Positions 29,157 to 39,273 of a stretch of DNA of 57,323 bases are shown piece by piece (position 1 is the stretch's first letter; every line of letters begins with the position of its first letter). Source of the stretch: a virus (Duplodnaviria > Caudoviricetes); the IMG/VR virus record IMGVR_UViG_3300025084_003544, positions 1 through 57,323 of that record, one strand, 5' to 3'. Below the pieces are notes generated by a model. The model did no database searches. It worked only from the letters and a program-made list of their open reading frames with translations, and was not told where the DNA came from. Both the position numbers and the translations under genes were made by a program.

Positions 29157-30600
29157 ATTTCTCTACTCTAAATTTAAATATCTTGTTTACAGGTTTGTAA
29201 TCAGCGATAAAGTCGTCATAAAATGCCAACTTAACCCCATATGAATATCCGGGCTCAAGAATAGACATATCGAAATCGAAATAACTTCCTGAACCATCAA
29301 AAGATAACTCTGTGTACTTGACACTGCCTGTAGCGTGTTCAATAACTTTGTAGTTGTCAATGATTCTAAATATTTCATATGATCCTGATGTTGGAATATA
29401 CAATTGAGGCTCTGCAACTGTTCTTGTGTAAATAGTTGGACTCCAGCCTTTTAATCTTGTATATATTCTAAATCTTGCTGTTTCGTCACTTTCGTAAACT
29501 TTCTTTAAATTAGTAATAGAGACATAATAGTCGTTTGTTTTTGTAGTTGTCCCAGTGTATCTTACTTCTGGGTAGATTGTTCCTGTGTGGAACTGTGTGG
29601 AACCTGTATACCATACATCGTGTAAAGTTTCAGATGTTCCAGTGATAGACACAGATGCACTATAAATACCAGTTGAAACATATGATCCTGTAACTGTCAC
29701 TAGTGCTGTTCCAGATGGAGCCGATGCAGACGATTCATACAGTGCTACTGCCAAATCTCCTGTACCAACAGAAGGAATGTTCTTTAATCTTCCACCGATA
29801 TTATTGTAAATGTATAAAGTATTTAAATTATCTTCGGCAGGTGCCAATGAGGAACTGTAATAAAAGTTTGATCGATCATCTTTGACAGAAGAGTTCCATC
29901 TTGCTTCAATAGCAGGACGATTGAAATAATATTCGGAATCTCTTGCTGAAAACTTTTTAGTATAGTAACTGTTTGCATCTGATTCAAAACTCGATGAAAA
30001 CTTTAGAATAAATCCATAGTTGTTACCACTGTTCAGAGAATTATTAAGTACATCTTCTACATATTTCGTCACATCTACTTCAAAATCTTCAAGTCCGGTA
30101 TCAAATGTTTGTTCAAATGCGTAAGAGGTATTGTAATCACCTTCGGCTCCACCGGCACTCCAAGCGGCTGTTGTGGATGATGATAACCAGTTTGAGTGCC
30201 CAATATCAGTGAATTCATCTAAATCCATTCCGTAGCCTTCATCCCAGTCAACTGTCAATGGGTGTGCAATTAATTTAAAATTTCTTGGTACAGTATCAGG
30301 ATGTTCGACGTTGCTAAGTTTCATGAAAAATTTAACTGATCCTGAATTTGGTAATACTCCAGCATCTCTATCTTGTTTGATAGTCTTAATATCACTGTTA
30401 AGATCTGTTTCGTTCACTGGGAAATTGATAAGTATCCTTGCTTGCTCTACGGAAGATGACGTAACTTGCCCATACATCTTAAATATTTCTAGAGAATCTG
30501 CTAAACCTGTATTCGCACCAGTACTCCTCTTACTTAGTCCAGAATTAAATTGATTGGTAATCGTATTATCTGCGATTGCTGTATATCTTTTAATAGCCAT
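29146..30600 (-). CDS. Putative baseplate-associated virion protein
   Basis: 484 aa, between the gp6-like and giant gp7-like genes. The N-terminal ADNTI...NTG...LEI...RILINF pattern recalls DNRLRE-type beta domains; Ser/Thr/Gly-rich. Confidence 0.6.
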   Translation of the reverse strand: MAIKRYTAIADNTITNQFNSGLSKRSTGANTGLADSLEIFKMYGQVTSSSVEQARILINFPVNETDLNSDIKTIKQDRDAGVLPNSGSVKFFMKLSNVEHPDTVPRNFKLIAHPLTVDWDEGYGMDLDEFTDIGHSNWLSSSTTAAWSAGGAEGDYNTSYAFEQTFDTGLEDFEVDVTKYVEDVLNNSLNSGNNYGFILKFSSSFESDANSYYTKKFSARDSEYYFNRPAIEARWNSSVKDDRSNFYYSSSLAPAEDNLNTLYIYNNIGGRLKNIPSVGTGDLAVALYESSASAPSGTALVTVTGSYVSTGIYSASVSITGTSETLHDVWYTGSTQFHTGTIYPEVRYTGTTTKTNDYYVSITNLKKVYESDETARFRIYTRLKGWSPTIYTRTVAEPQLYIPTSGSYEIFRIIDNYKVIEHATGSVKYTELSFDGSGSYFDFDMSILEPGYSYGVKLAFYDDFIADYKPVNKIFKFRVEKYET

Positions 30601-32411
30601 TACTTAACACTCCCTTTGATATCAATTGTTGGAAACTTAACTTCAAATATGCAATTCAGTGGACAGGCAATAAATCTTCCATCTGGGGTGGTATTAGCAG
30701 CGATGTCTATTCCACTTCTAGAATAGGCTCCACCGTTTTTGTTGGTAACATGCACATCAGTTGTATCTGCCACCCCCTCAACTCTATTTAGGGTTGAATA
30801 GACTTCTGTATAGTTAAAAGGCTCTGCGATGTCAAAGTGTCTTAAAAAACGATTTCTAAGCGTCCTTAGACACTCGTCAAGGACTTTAAATTTATCATAG
30901 CCCCCTTTGGTTACAATACTAAATGAAATGGCTAGATTGAGTATCTTCGCGTCCATAATGTCCAATGTGTCATTAATCATTCGATACTGATTAAGCCAAG
31001 TCTTGATATTGCTCTTAATTATGTCGTTTGATACACTAAGATTTCCAGCACTATTCTCAGAAATAATGTACATGTTTAAGTTTCTTTTAAACGAGTCTTT
31101 GTCTTGAAGCACCGCACATCTCTTGACTGCTCCATATTTTGGAGGCATATTGTATACCAAAGATTTGTAGTCTTCTCTTGTTACAGCACGGTTCTGTGCA
31201 GCGAAGAAAGATTTAGTTCTAACCTTTAACTCTTCTGTTGTTGGTATATTAGCATGCCCAATGATAGGGTTTTCGTTAGAAGATTCTAAAGAATTTCTCA
31301 CCTGTGCTAGTTTTCCAGAGTCTAGGGCAGTCTCGTTCTCGAAACTGTATATTGCTCTGACTAATTGCGTTACCGAGCCCACCGAAGCATTTGGGTTGTT
31401 GCTACTATTAACCCTGTATACTACATTCAAAACAGTGTTAACTGGAGAAACTCCGAACTTGTCTGAGCCAAGCAGATTACTTGGATCAAAGTCTGTATTG
31501 GTTATATAGTCTCTACCAAATTGCTCTAGAATAACATTACTTGGATCAATTACTTTATCTATCTTTATGTCTTCTTCTGAACCAAAGCCGAATATAAGGT
31601 GAGTCTCACCTCTGCTTCTTTCCACAACGAATCTTCTTGGAACAGCGGTTGGCTTAAGCAGCATGGGGGCGGCTTCTCTCGTAGAAGAGTCATTATTAGA
31701 TATCTCTCGATAAACAACGTCTTGCCCTAGATGCTCAACTTCGTAATATTCATGCCCTTCTTTATCAGTACAATCTAATATTTCTGCCACATTGGTATCA
31801 CCTAACAAAATCTTGTTGAATTTTTTAAATGCCCCAACGGTTACATTCTTTTCAGCCAATCTGCCAGATATTATCCTTCCAACTGATTTGATGATATAAT
31901 GAGTTGGAAGCCCTGTGGTTGTGTTAACCCTACCTACTACTACCTCATTACTAGAATCTCTAAAATCCACATCTTCAGTAAGGATAAAATTCTCACCGGC
32001 TGTAGATGCTAATTCAGTTCTTCTTTTAAGCACTGGTATGTACCTAGAGTCCGGAGCGAGTCCAGTTGAGTCTGCCGGGATCAATATAAAAAGAGATACA
32101 TATCCATGAGCAGAAGCCCGTCCTCTGTATTTATACCCCATTTGACGTGTTAGTTTGACAACATTGTCATATTCATTTGCAGTGTCTAGGAAAGATTCGT
32201 TCGCCTGATAATCCAAGTAGAAAGATAAGATGTCTCCAGTGTAAGCCACTTGATCCATCACAAGAGATCCAAAAGAAGCATCGTTAAAATCTTTATAAGT
32301 GTCCGGATAGTACCTCTTGGCATGATTAATCAAGTCTTGCTTGATAGAGTTAAAGTCCCTACTAGTATACTTAATGGGTACTTTTTTGTTTTTATCGTCG
32401 TATTTAGCCAT
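30600..32411 (-). CDS. Baseplate wedge subunit (T4 gp6 / baseplate J-like)
   Basis: YTSRDFNSIKQDL, DFNDASFG, AYTGDILSFYLDYQANESFL, FGFG and AQNRAVTREDY motifs. Confidence 0.92.
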   Translation of the reverse strand: MAKYDDKNKKVPIKYTSRDFNSIKQDLINHAKRYYPDTYKDFNDASFGSLVMDQVAYTGDILSFYLDYQANESFLDTANEYDNVVKLTRQMGYKYRGRASAHGYVSLFILIPADSTGLAPDSRYIPVLKRRTELASTAGENFILTEDVDFRDSSNEVVVGRVNTTTGLPTHYIIKSVGRIISGRLAEKNVTVGAFKKFNKILLGDTNVAEILDCTDKEGHEYYEVEHLGQDVVYREISNNDSSTREAAPMLLKPTAVPRRFVVERSRGETHLIFGFGSEEDIKIDKVIDPSNVILEQFGRDYITNTDFDPSNLLGSDKFGVSPVNTVLNVVYRVNSSNNPNASVGSVTQLVRAIYSFENETALDSGKLAQVRNSLESSNENPIIGHANIPTTEELKVRTKSFFAAQNRAVTREDYKSLVYNMPPKYGAVKRCAVLQDKDSFKRNLNMYIISENSAGNLSVSNDIIKSNIKTWLNQYRMINDTLDIMDAKILNLAISFSIVTKGGYDKFKVLDECLRTLRNRFLRHFDIAEPFNYTEVYSTLNRVEGVADTTDVHVTNKNGGAYSRSGIDIAANTTPDGRFIACPLNCIFEVKFPTIDIKGSVK

Positions 32412-32423
32412 TTACTTCCCTCT

Positions 32424-32804
32424 TTATATGTTTACAACCAAAGCGCTAACTGCACCGGATCCGTTGACACTGAATTTCACAGTAACTAGTAGTCCGTTCG
32501 CAGTTATATTGTCATTATTTGATTCTGAATGAAATAAGACATCTTCGATTTTAATATACCCCATATATTGACTTACTTGTCTTTTTATCTTAGCCTTGAT
32601 TCTAGAATAAGTTGAAGAATCATTTTGCTCAAATAGATATCTTTTCATTCCCACGCCAAAGTTTGGATCCATAATCCTCTCTCCCGGACTGGTAAGAAGA
32701 ATCATCTTAAGATTTTGATTTATAACTGCCATGATAGTCTGGTTATTTTCATAGCCATTCGAGTCATTAATCAATAAAGGAAGTTTAGGTGAATAGTTGG
32801 ACAT
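32424..32804 (-). CDS. Baseplate wedge / sheath initiator (gp25/GpW-like)
   Basis: QNLKMILLTSPGERIMDPNFGVGMKRYLFE signature; sits directly upstream of the gp6-like gene. Confidence 0.93.
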   Translation of the reverse strand: MSNYSPKLPLLINDSNGYENNQTIMAVINQNLKMILLTSPGERIMDPNFGVGMKRYLFEQNDSSTYSRIKAKIKRQVSQYMGYIKIEDVLFHSESNNDNITANGLLVTVKFSVNGSGAVSALVVNI

Positions 32805-32821
32805 ATTAGTTACCTCAAATC

Positions 32822-32829
32822 TAAATAGT
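32822..32829 (-). promoter_or_regulatory. ACTATTTA motif (putative late promoter)
   Basis: Intergenic, 17 nt upstream of the gp25-like ATG. Confidence 0.7.
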
Positions 32830-32833
32830 TATT

Positions 32834-35800
32834 TTATCTATTTTGATTCAAAGTAAGAATCGCTTGGTTTCTTTCTTGTTCTAATGCCTTCATGAAATCA
32901 TTAGCATTTTCTTCAAAATTGTCTCTGTAAAAACTCGTGTCAGTAATATTAATAATATCATATCCAAAAAGTTCTTTAAAACTTGAAGAAAATTCGAAAG
33001 TTTTAATATTCGAATACAAATCTTTAAAATTATTATACCTTTGTTTGGCATCCTCGATGCTGGAATCTTGACTTATTTTGAAAGTTTCATATCTATAATT
33101 TATCACTGAATTTAATTCTTCTAGGCTCGTTGCATTATAAGTGAATTGGATATGCTGCAGTAATGTTGAAGGGTATTCTTCTAGTGGCAAGTCAAGATAT
33201 TGATCATAAACTGTTTTATAAAAATACACAGAGAAAGTAAAGTATCTTAAGCCAATTCTCATGAGCCTGTTATATTGGTTTATTCCATCTTTGAACTTAC
33301 CTTCTTCAAGAATTCTATTCCATGCATATGGTACTAAAGTAGATGATTCATTCACTAAATAACTAAAATAGTCTAAATAATCTTCTAAATCATTTCTAAA
33401 ATCTCGATCTAACGGCATGTAGAACAGGTTCGACATCAATCCTATAAGTTTCCAAAGTTCTACCTCTTCTTTCCTATCAAAATCAATTGAGAAATAATCT
33501 TCGGGATCATAATAGAGTGGCTCATCTAGTGACACTTTTCCAGAACTCTGCCCGAAGGCTGTAGATATTGGGTAGTTAGCGATGTCCGGAAGATCTACTT
33601 CTTCTACAAAATCATCATGTGAGCGCTTTTGGAAACTTAAAAATTTATTATAGAACTCTTCCATAAAAGAAACGAATTCTGTGTACCTTCTAATGACTTC
33701 AGATGCTTTTTCTAAAGACAAACCTGTTTGTGCTTGCAATTGCTCTTCTATTGTTCCCCCAACGAAAGTTCCAGTATCCTGATCTGCACCAGAATTCAGA
33801 TTATCTCCTCGTTTGAGATCTGCTAATTTCTTTCTCTCTTTTGGTTCTAGATAAGAACTAGCCAGATACAAAAGTCCTAATGGGCCGATTGGAGGGCCGG
33901 GAGCGAATGGGATTAGATTCATAGGTAGTGCCATCAAAGACGCGGCTTTTGGCGGTATATCAAACCCTGCCAATGATGCCCCCTGACGTATCTTCGAGGC
34001 GATCTTTATATTGGGATCGAATTGTTCTGCAAAGCCTTTAAGAATTAAAGGCACAGTCATCAATGCCATTTTCTTTGCAGTGGCAGAGTACTCTGGAGTT
34101 GTTGATATGCCAGCCTGCTGCTCTAGGGACAACATATCCAATTGCTTATCTTGCGATTCAAATGCAGAAGGATCCTGATCAAGCGTTTCAATATTTCTCT
34201 TGATTGTGTCTTTTGACTCTGAAAATATTAAAGATATTTCTGGCTTCTCTGATGTTAAAAGTACCTTGTAAAGTTCGATGATCGATTGCTTAAGATGATC
34301 TACTCTCATAATATTCATTAAAAAGTTGTATACACTAGTTTGGGTGCTGTTGCTGTCAGTAATTAATTTGGATATTGATGCCTTTGTGTTTATATTTGCT
34401 ATTTTGCTTACCTCAGTCTCTGCTAATGGAAGAAGATAAATATCTTGAGCCTGCAACAGAGTTCCCGATGATCTTCTATTACTAGCCAAGTACTCATGAG
34501 ATATACTATTTTTAAGTTTGTAAACTGTGCCATCTAATATAAGTTCTCTCTTTGAATATTCTTCATTAAAGTTTGACGGCATTTCATACTCTTCTCCCAC
34601 TCTCATTATATAAGAAAGTCTTAATAAAGGCTTGTAACCACTCTTAAGTCTAGTAGGCAATTGTTCATATTCAAATGAGTATATTTCTTTCCCTTTCTCA
34701 GGAGATGTGCTCTTACGGTACACTCTCTGGACAAATAATTTTTGTGAAGTTCTGTATGCCTCTTGAAGTCCTGTAACGTATCCTGCAATATCCTGAGATT
34801 GAATATCCGTGTCATATGCAAATTCTCTAGCCAGTTTTGGCAAGTACTCTTCTGATTTTCTGAAGATTTTGTTAAAGTTTTTCGATATATCAGAATAAAT
34901 CTCTTTCACAATATTCGAGAAAGAAAACGAAGAATGCAAAAACTCTTCACTGTAAGCAACTTTGTATTTATCTTGAAACTTCTCATAAAAAGCATCTTTT
35001 TGTGTTCTTAGGTATGTAGATAGTTTAGCCCATACGACAGCAACAAAGGCATCAGATGCTTCCAGATCGTATACGTTCGAATTACAAAATGCATTTTTAA
35101 CTATCTCTTCTATAACCTGTACCCTAATCATTGTATTAATCAGGTGTTTAATAGAAGATGTTTCTAGTGAGTTATCATTTTCCGCAAAAGAGCATTTAGA
35201 ATTGAACTCTTGCTTTGCTGCATTTTTAGTATCTTGTAGTTTTAATAAGTTTACAGTATCGCTGTCAATGACAAAAGACAACATGTTGTCTATTTCAAAT
35301 AGTTCAGAGCCTTTCTCGCCATTTGTGTCATTCCTAAGAACTTTTGAAGTTAAGTATGACAATCGATAAAACAGTGTTGATACCAAGCCACTTCTCGGTT
35401 CTACAAAGTTAGGATCGGCGGCATCAGACAGCGTCACTACAGCACCATCAAACGATTCAAACTTAGACTTGAACTTGTTGTACTTATACTCTGAATCTGT
35501 TGATCCAGATGCTACATTCTCGACGTGAGATTTGAAAATATCTTCAATATCGAATTCAGAATGATTTAAAGATTTAATTTCTGTTGCTTCTGCACAAGGT
35601 GCATATTCTTCTGATCTACTATCGTATTGTTCAATAATAAAATTAAATTGACTTTGGTATTCATAAGTTGTCTTAAACTCTACACCCTTTTCAAGTAAAT
35701 TCGTTTTATGTTCTATTTTGATATAATTTGGAGTATCAAACCTTCTAGACGCTGCTGAATTAATCTCAACATCGGTAAATTGCTTTTTAAATAAAGGAAC

Positions 35801-38800
35801 TGGGACTGAAGATGGATTCTGCTTTTTGATGTATATGTTGTTGATAGATTCTATACCTTTCGTGGTGAAATTCCACTCTCCATTCTCTGATTTTATTTCT
35901 ACATCAGAAGGAGATATCACTTCAAATGCACCTTCTACTTTTTTATATAAATTTGTTCCCTCTCCGAAATAATTAACCGCAAATTCTTTATTAAAAATAG
36001 TTGAAGTGTCTTCTGGAAAAGCCTCTGGGTTAATGTTAAGAAGAGTGTCATACACTATTTCAAAGGTTCCGTCTGGGTTTTCAATTGACTGGGAAATTAC
36101 GGAGTCGAACGGATAGTTCCTCATTTGTATATATTCATTCGAACTAGTTGTCACTAAGAATGCATCCTGCAAAGTCGCTGCTTCTCCTTTATACTGCTTT
36201 TCGATTGTGTCAAAAATATTATCAAATACCATATTGTTCACGAAGTTCATTGCAGGGATTGAAGACTGTGGAGGCATGAATGAGCAAGGGTTTTCGTCAA
36301 ATGGTAAAACGCTATTGTAGTTGTCTTTGATAGCACCTATCGCCTCAACCAGTGAGTCCTTCGTATCATCAATCAATCCCTCAACAATGTCATCCAATTC
36401 TTCTTCAGATATGTTATTATAATTTTCTCTAATCTTGTCTTTGATATTTGCATAATTGTCGTTTAAGTTTTTTCCTGATATGAAAGAGATGTTACTATTC
36501 TCGCACAAAGAGGCAAAAACCTCTTCATTGTCGTATACCCTTTCTAATTCTTCAAGCATTTCAAAATCGATTATATCGGACAAAGATTCGAACAAGTCAA
36601 TAAAAGATGACGCGTCAAGAAGAGAAGATACCGGTTCTGTGAGGTTTGAACTTAAGTTGTCATAATCTTTCTCGTTGACTTGCCCTTTAAGTATCCGTAT
36701 GGCTTCTAATGGCTTTGCTGCTTCTGATATCTCTTCAAACATGTTTTGTACATCTTGCCTATTAGGATCTGGAACTTCAAACACCTCATCGCAAAGATTA
36801 GCCAACTTAAAATCTTTTGATAATTTGAGTCTATTAAGTGCTATATCAATCGCGAAGTCTAGATTAGTGCCATTACTGGCATTGAATAAGTCTGGGATAC
36901 TCAGAGAACCGAAGTTCGGAAGTCCAAGGTTTGGAAAATCGCCGTTCAGTCCACTTAGAACTCTTCTCAATATACCTTTGATAGATATAACCAAAGATCT
37001 TTCTATACCTGATCTTATCGATTCTTCGGCAGCATTGATGGCATCTCCAAAAATATCGTCCAAATTTCCAAATTGAAAATTAGTAAAATCAAAACTAGGG
37101 TTTATGTCTCCCATACTTGGAAATGAAAATCCTAAATCTAACTTTTTAATCTCAAAATCCAGATCAATGCCATCTACTCTTTTGAGCAACTTATCTCTAG
37201 TCAATTGCAAGTCTCCTAACAGGAACGATACACTCGGAATAGATAACAACCTATCTCTAAGCATGTTTTGAGGCTCGAACTTGAACCGATTTTTGAAATA
37301 CAGATCGATAACAGGCTTTAAAAGAGCAGGATCTAATTTACCAAAAAACTCAAACATGTCAATTTTAAGGCTTCCTAAGTTCAAAGAAGGTAACGATAAA
37401 GAAGGGATGCTAAAGCATTCATTAATGTCTCCAAAATCAGGTAACCCTTCTGTGAGTATTTTGCACATTATTTTGGCAACCATATCTTCTTGGTAGAACT
37501 TATCGTAATCGATTTGAGAAAATGCTATAGCCTGTACCAGTTTTGCACAGTCATTCAAGCCGGCTGACTCTAGAACATCTCCTACATCTCCAACATAGTT
37601 GTCAGGTATCAGTCCCCCTAAAGTGCCATCTTTCTTGTAGTGTATGAAATATACCCCAATATTCTCAACATCAACTAGCGACTCTATCAAAGATGAATAT
37701 TCCTCTCGCCCGAATAGATATTTGTCACAAATAGTCCCCCCAAAATCTGACAATTCTGGTAGTTCTAGAAATTCAAATACGATATCCAGAAGTTTAGGGA
37801 GGCTCAGTGACATCAAAACACCTCTCAGTTTTATCTCACCTAATTCTGGTATGCTGAGGTTTGAACCAATACTACCCATCAAAAAGTCAACTAGACTTTT
37901 TAAAGATATTTTATTCAAAACTAGATCGTATAATAAATTCAAATCCCCTATATTCATAATAATATCTGGAAGATCGATCAAGAACCTATCGCCAATTAAA
38001 TCTCTAGACTCTCTTAATCTTAAAGTCAATTCTCTTCTTATGCGTGGATCTCTGGTAAACTTATGTATACCAGTCGCATCAGCAGCAGATAGAACTGATA
38101 TTCCATCTCCTTTTTGGAATTTAGGTAAAGTGCCTATATTAAAACTCAGCCCACCATCTCTTCTAGGAAGTTTAGGTAGACTACCAATATTATACTTTAA
38201 GCCTCTGATATATCTTTTACTGAAATCTATTGGATTGATTCCAAAATCGACATTGACTGATCTAAGAATATTCTTGTGATCTTGGATCATTCTAGAGATG
38301 TCCGGATCAAATATATCACATAGGTACGACATACCGATCTTAAGAAATCTGCCGACTGGATCAAAAAACAAAACATATTTGAGTATGCCTGATTTCTTGT
38401 CGAATCCTAATTCAAACTTATTACTCAAGTCTTTAGACAATGTAATACCATTCTCATGTGTGTATTTTTTGAAATCTGCCAAAAATCTTTTAGATTTTGC
38501 AGAGAGTTGCCTGAAGTTGACACCTTGGAGGCTACCTGCTAATTTACTGTTAGTCTTGTCGAATTTGTCTAATATCTTTGACAAGTCTTTGACAATTTTT
38601 TCTAGTTCATTTCCTCTGAAATTAGTTGTCACAAAATCTGTGTTGATATTCTGTAAGGTGAAGTCTTCCATTGACATGTCTTTAAAAACATCAAAATATT
38701 TATCATGTATCGAGAACTTGATCTTAATACTCTTACCCGGCCGGGTTGAATAATTAAAATCTCCAACTTCTAGAAGTCCAAATGGACTAAGTACGAATTC

Positions 38801-39262
38801 AAGCAATTTCTCTTCGTATTCTGTAGCGTCGATGTTTTTTCCATAATATTTCAATATGTCATGTGCAGCGGCTGCTTTTATATTCTCAAGACTTTTTAAT
38901 TTTAAATTATCTTCTAATTCTTTCTTATCGAAATACCCAGTCTCTAGTACAATATGCACTTTATTATTTCTGCGATATGGTATGCCAACTTTGATATCTG
39001 CAATCTTTTCTTCCAGTTCTTTTGCCTGATCATATGCTTCTTTATAGTTTGCAGCAAAAAGTTCTCCGGCAGTGTCTAAAAATGCCGCTCTCATGAAATA
39101 CTTCTTTCCGCCGTATTCAACTTGACAATATTGATATCTATCCCCCAAATTAATTTGCAGGACTTCTACAAACTCTCCTTCTTCGATCATCTTTATTGGA
39201 TTATCGGGACTATCTGCCGAATCATACAATTCGGTTTTCATAATTGTTTTGAAGTTATTCAT
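32834..39262 (-). CDS. 2142-aa hypothetical virion protein between spike and gp25-like genes
   Basis: Long ORF, acidic and Leu/Ile-rich. The N-terminal ~60 aa look SH3b-like (TELYD...IKMIEEGEFVEVL...YCQVEY...YFM), and there are L-P-x-L-x-L-P stretches. Confidence 0.55.
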   Translation of the reverse strand: MNNFKTIMKTELYDSADSPDNPIKMIEEGEFVEVLQINLGDRYQYCQVEYGGKKYFMRAAFLDTAGELFAANYKEAYDQAKELEEKIADIKVGIPYRRNNKVHIVLETGYFDKKELEDNLKLKSLENIKAAAAHDILKYYGKNIDATEYEEKLLEFVLSPFGLLEVGDFNYSTRPGKSIKIKFSIHDKYFDVFKDMSMEDFTLQNINTDFVTTNFRGNELEKIVKDLSKILDKFDKTNSKLAGSLQGVNFRQLSAKSKRFLADFKKYTHENGITLSKDLSNKFELGFDKKSGILKYVLFFDPVGRFLKIGMSYLCDIFDPDISRMIQDHKNILRSVNVDFGINPIDFSKRYIRGLKYNIGSLPKLPRRDGGLSFNIGTLPKFQKGDGISVLSAADATGIHKFTRDPRIRRELTLRLRESRDLIGDRFLIDLPDIIMNIGDLNLLYDLVLNKISLKSLVDFLMGSIGSNLSIPELGEIKLRGVLMSLSLPKLLDIVFEFLELPELSDFGGTICDKYLFGREEYSSLIESLVDVENIGVYFIHYKKDGTLGGLIPDNYVGDVGDVLESAGLNDCAKLVQAIAFSQIDYDKFYQEDMVAKIMCKILTEGLPDFGDINECFSIPSLSLPSLNLGSLKIDMFEFFGKLDPALLKPVIDLYFKNRFKFEPQNMLRDRLLSIPSVSFLLGDLQLTRDKLLKRVDGIDLDFEIKKLDLGFSFPSMGDINPSFDFTNFQFGNLDDIFGDAINAAEESIRSGIERSLVISIKGILRRVLSGLNGDFPNLGLPNFGSLSIPDLFNASNGTNLDFAIDIALNRLKLSKDFKLANLCDEVFEVPDPNRQDVQNMFEEISEAAKPLEAIRILKGQVNEKDYDNLSSNLTEPVSSLLDASSFIDLFESLSDIIDFEMLEELERVYDNEEVFASLCENSNISFISGKNLNDNYANIKDKIRENYNNISEEELDDIVEGLIDDTKDSLVEAIGAIKDNYNSVLPFDENPCSFMPPQSSIPAMNFVNNMVFDNIFDTIEKQYKGEAATLQDAFLVTTSSNEYIQMRNYPFDSVISQSIENPDGTFEIVYDTLLNINPEAFPEDTSTIFNKEFAVNYFGEGTNLYKKVEGAFEVISPSDVEIKSENGEWNFTTKGIESINNIYIKKQNPSSVPVPLFKKQFTDVEINSAASRRFDTPNYIKIEHKTNLLEKGVEFKTTYEYQSQFNFIIEQYDSRSEEYAPCAEATEIKSLNHSEFDIEDIFKSHVENVASGSTDSEYKYNKFKSKFESFDGAVVTLSDAADPNFVEPRSGLVSTLFYRLSYLTSKVLRNDTNGEKGSELFEIDNMLSFVIDSDTVNLLKLQDTKNAAKQEFNSKCSFAENDNSLETSSIKHLINTMIRVQVIEEIVKNAFCNSNVYDLEASDAFVAVVWAKLSTYLRTQKDAFYEKFQDKYKVAYSEEFLHSSFSFSNIVKEIYSDISKNFNKIFRKSEEYLPKLAREFAYDTDIQSQDIAGYVTGLQEAYRTSQKLFVQRVYRKSTSPEKGKEIYSFEYEQLPTRLKSGYKPLLRLSYIMRVGEEYEMPSNFNEEYSKRELILDGTVYKLKNSISHEYLASNRRSSGTLLQAQDIYLLPLAETEVSKIANINTKASISKLITDSNSTQTSVYNFLMNIMRVDHLKQSIIELYKVLLTSEKPEISLIFSESKDTIKRNIETLDQDPSAFESQDKQLDMLSLEQQAGISTTPEYSATAKKMALMTVPLILKGFAEQFDPNIKIASKIRQGASLAGFDIPPKAASLMALPMNLIPFAPGPPIGPLGLLYLASSYLEPKERKKLADLKRGDNLNSGADQDTGTFVGGTIEEQLQAQTGLSLEKASEVIRRYTEFVSFMEEFYNKFLSFQKRSHDDFVEEVDLPDIANYPISTAFGQSSGKVSLDEPLYYDPEDYFSIDFDRKEEVELWKLIGLMSNLFYMPLDRDFRNDLEDYLDYFSYLVNESSTLVPYAWNRILEEGKFKDGINQYNRLMRIGLRYFTFSVYFYKTVYDQYLDLPLEEYPSTLLQHIQFTYNATSLEELNSVINYRYETFKISQDSSIEDAKQRYNNFKDLYSNIKTFEFSSSFKELFGYDIINITDTSFYRDNFEENANDFMKALEQERNQAILTLNQNR

Positions 39263-39273
39263 CTTTCCTCGCC

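Noticed and set aside
35070-35080. Near match (TCGAACGTATA) to the bipartite promoter -10 block
   Set aside because: It is mid-gene, has one mismatch and has no TGAATA at the expected spacing.
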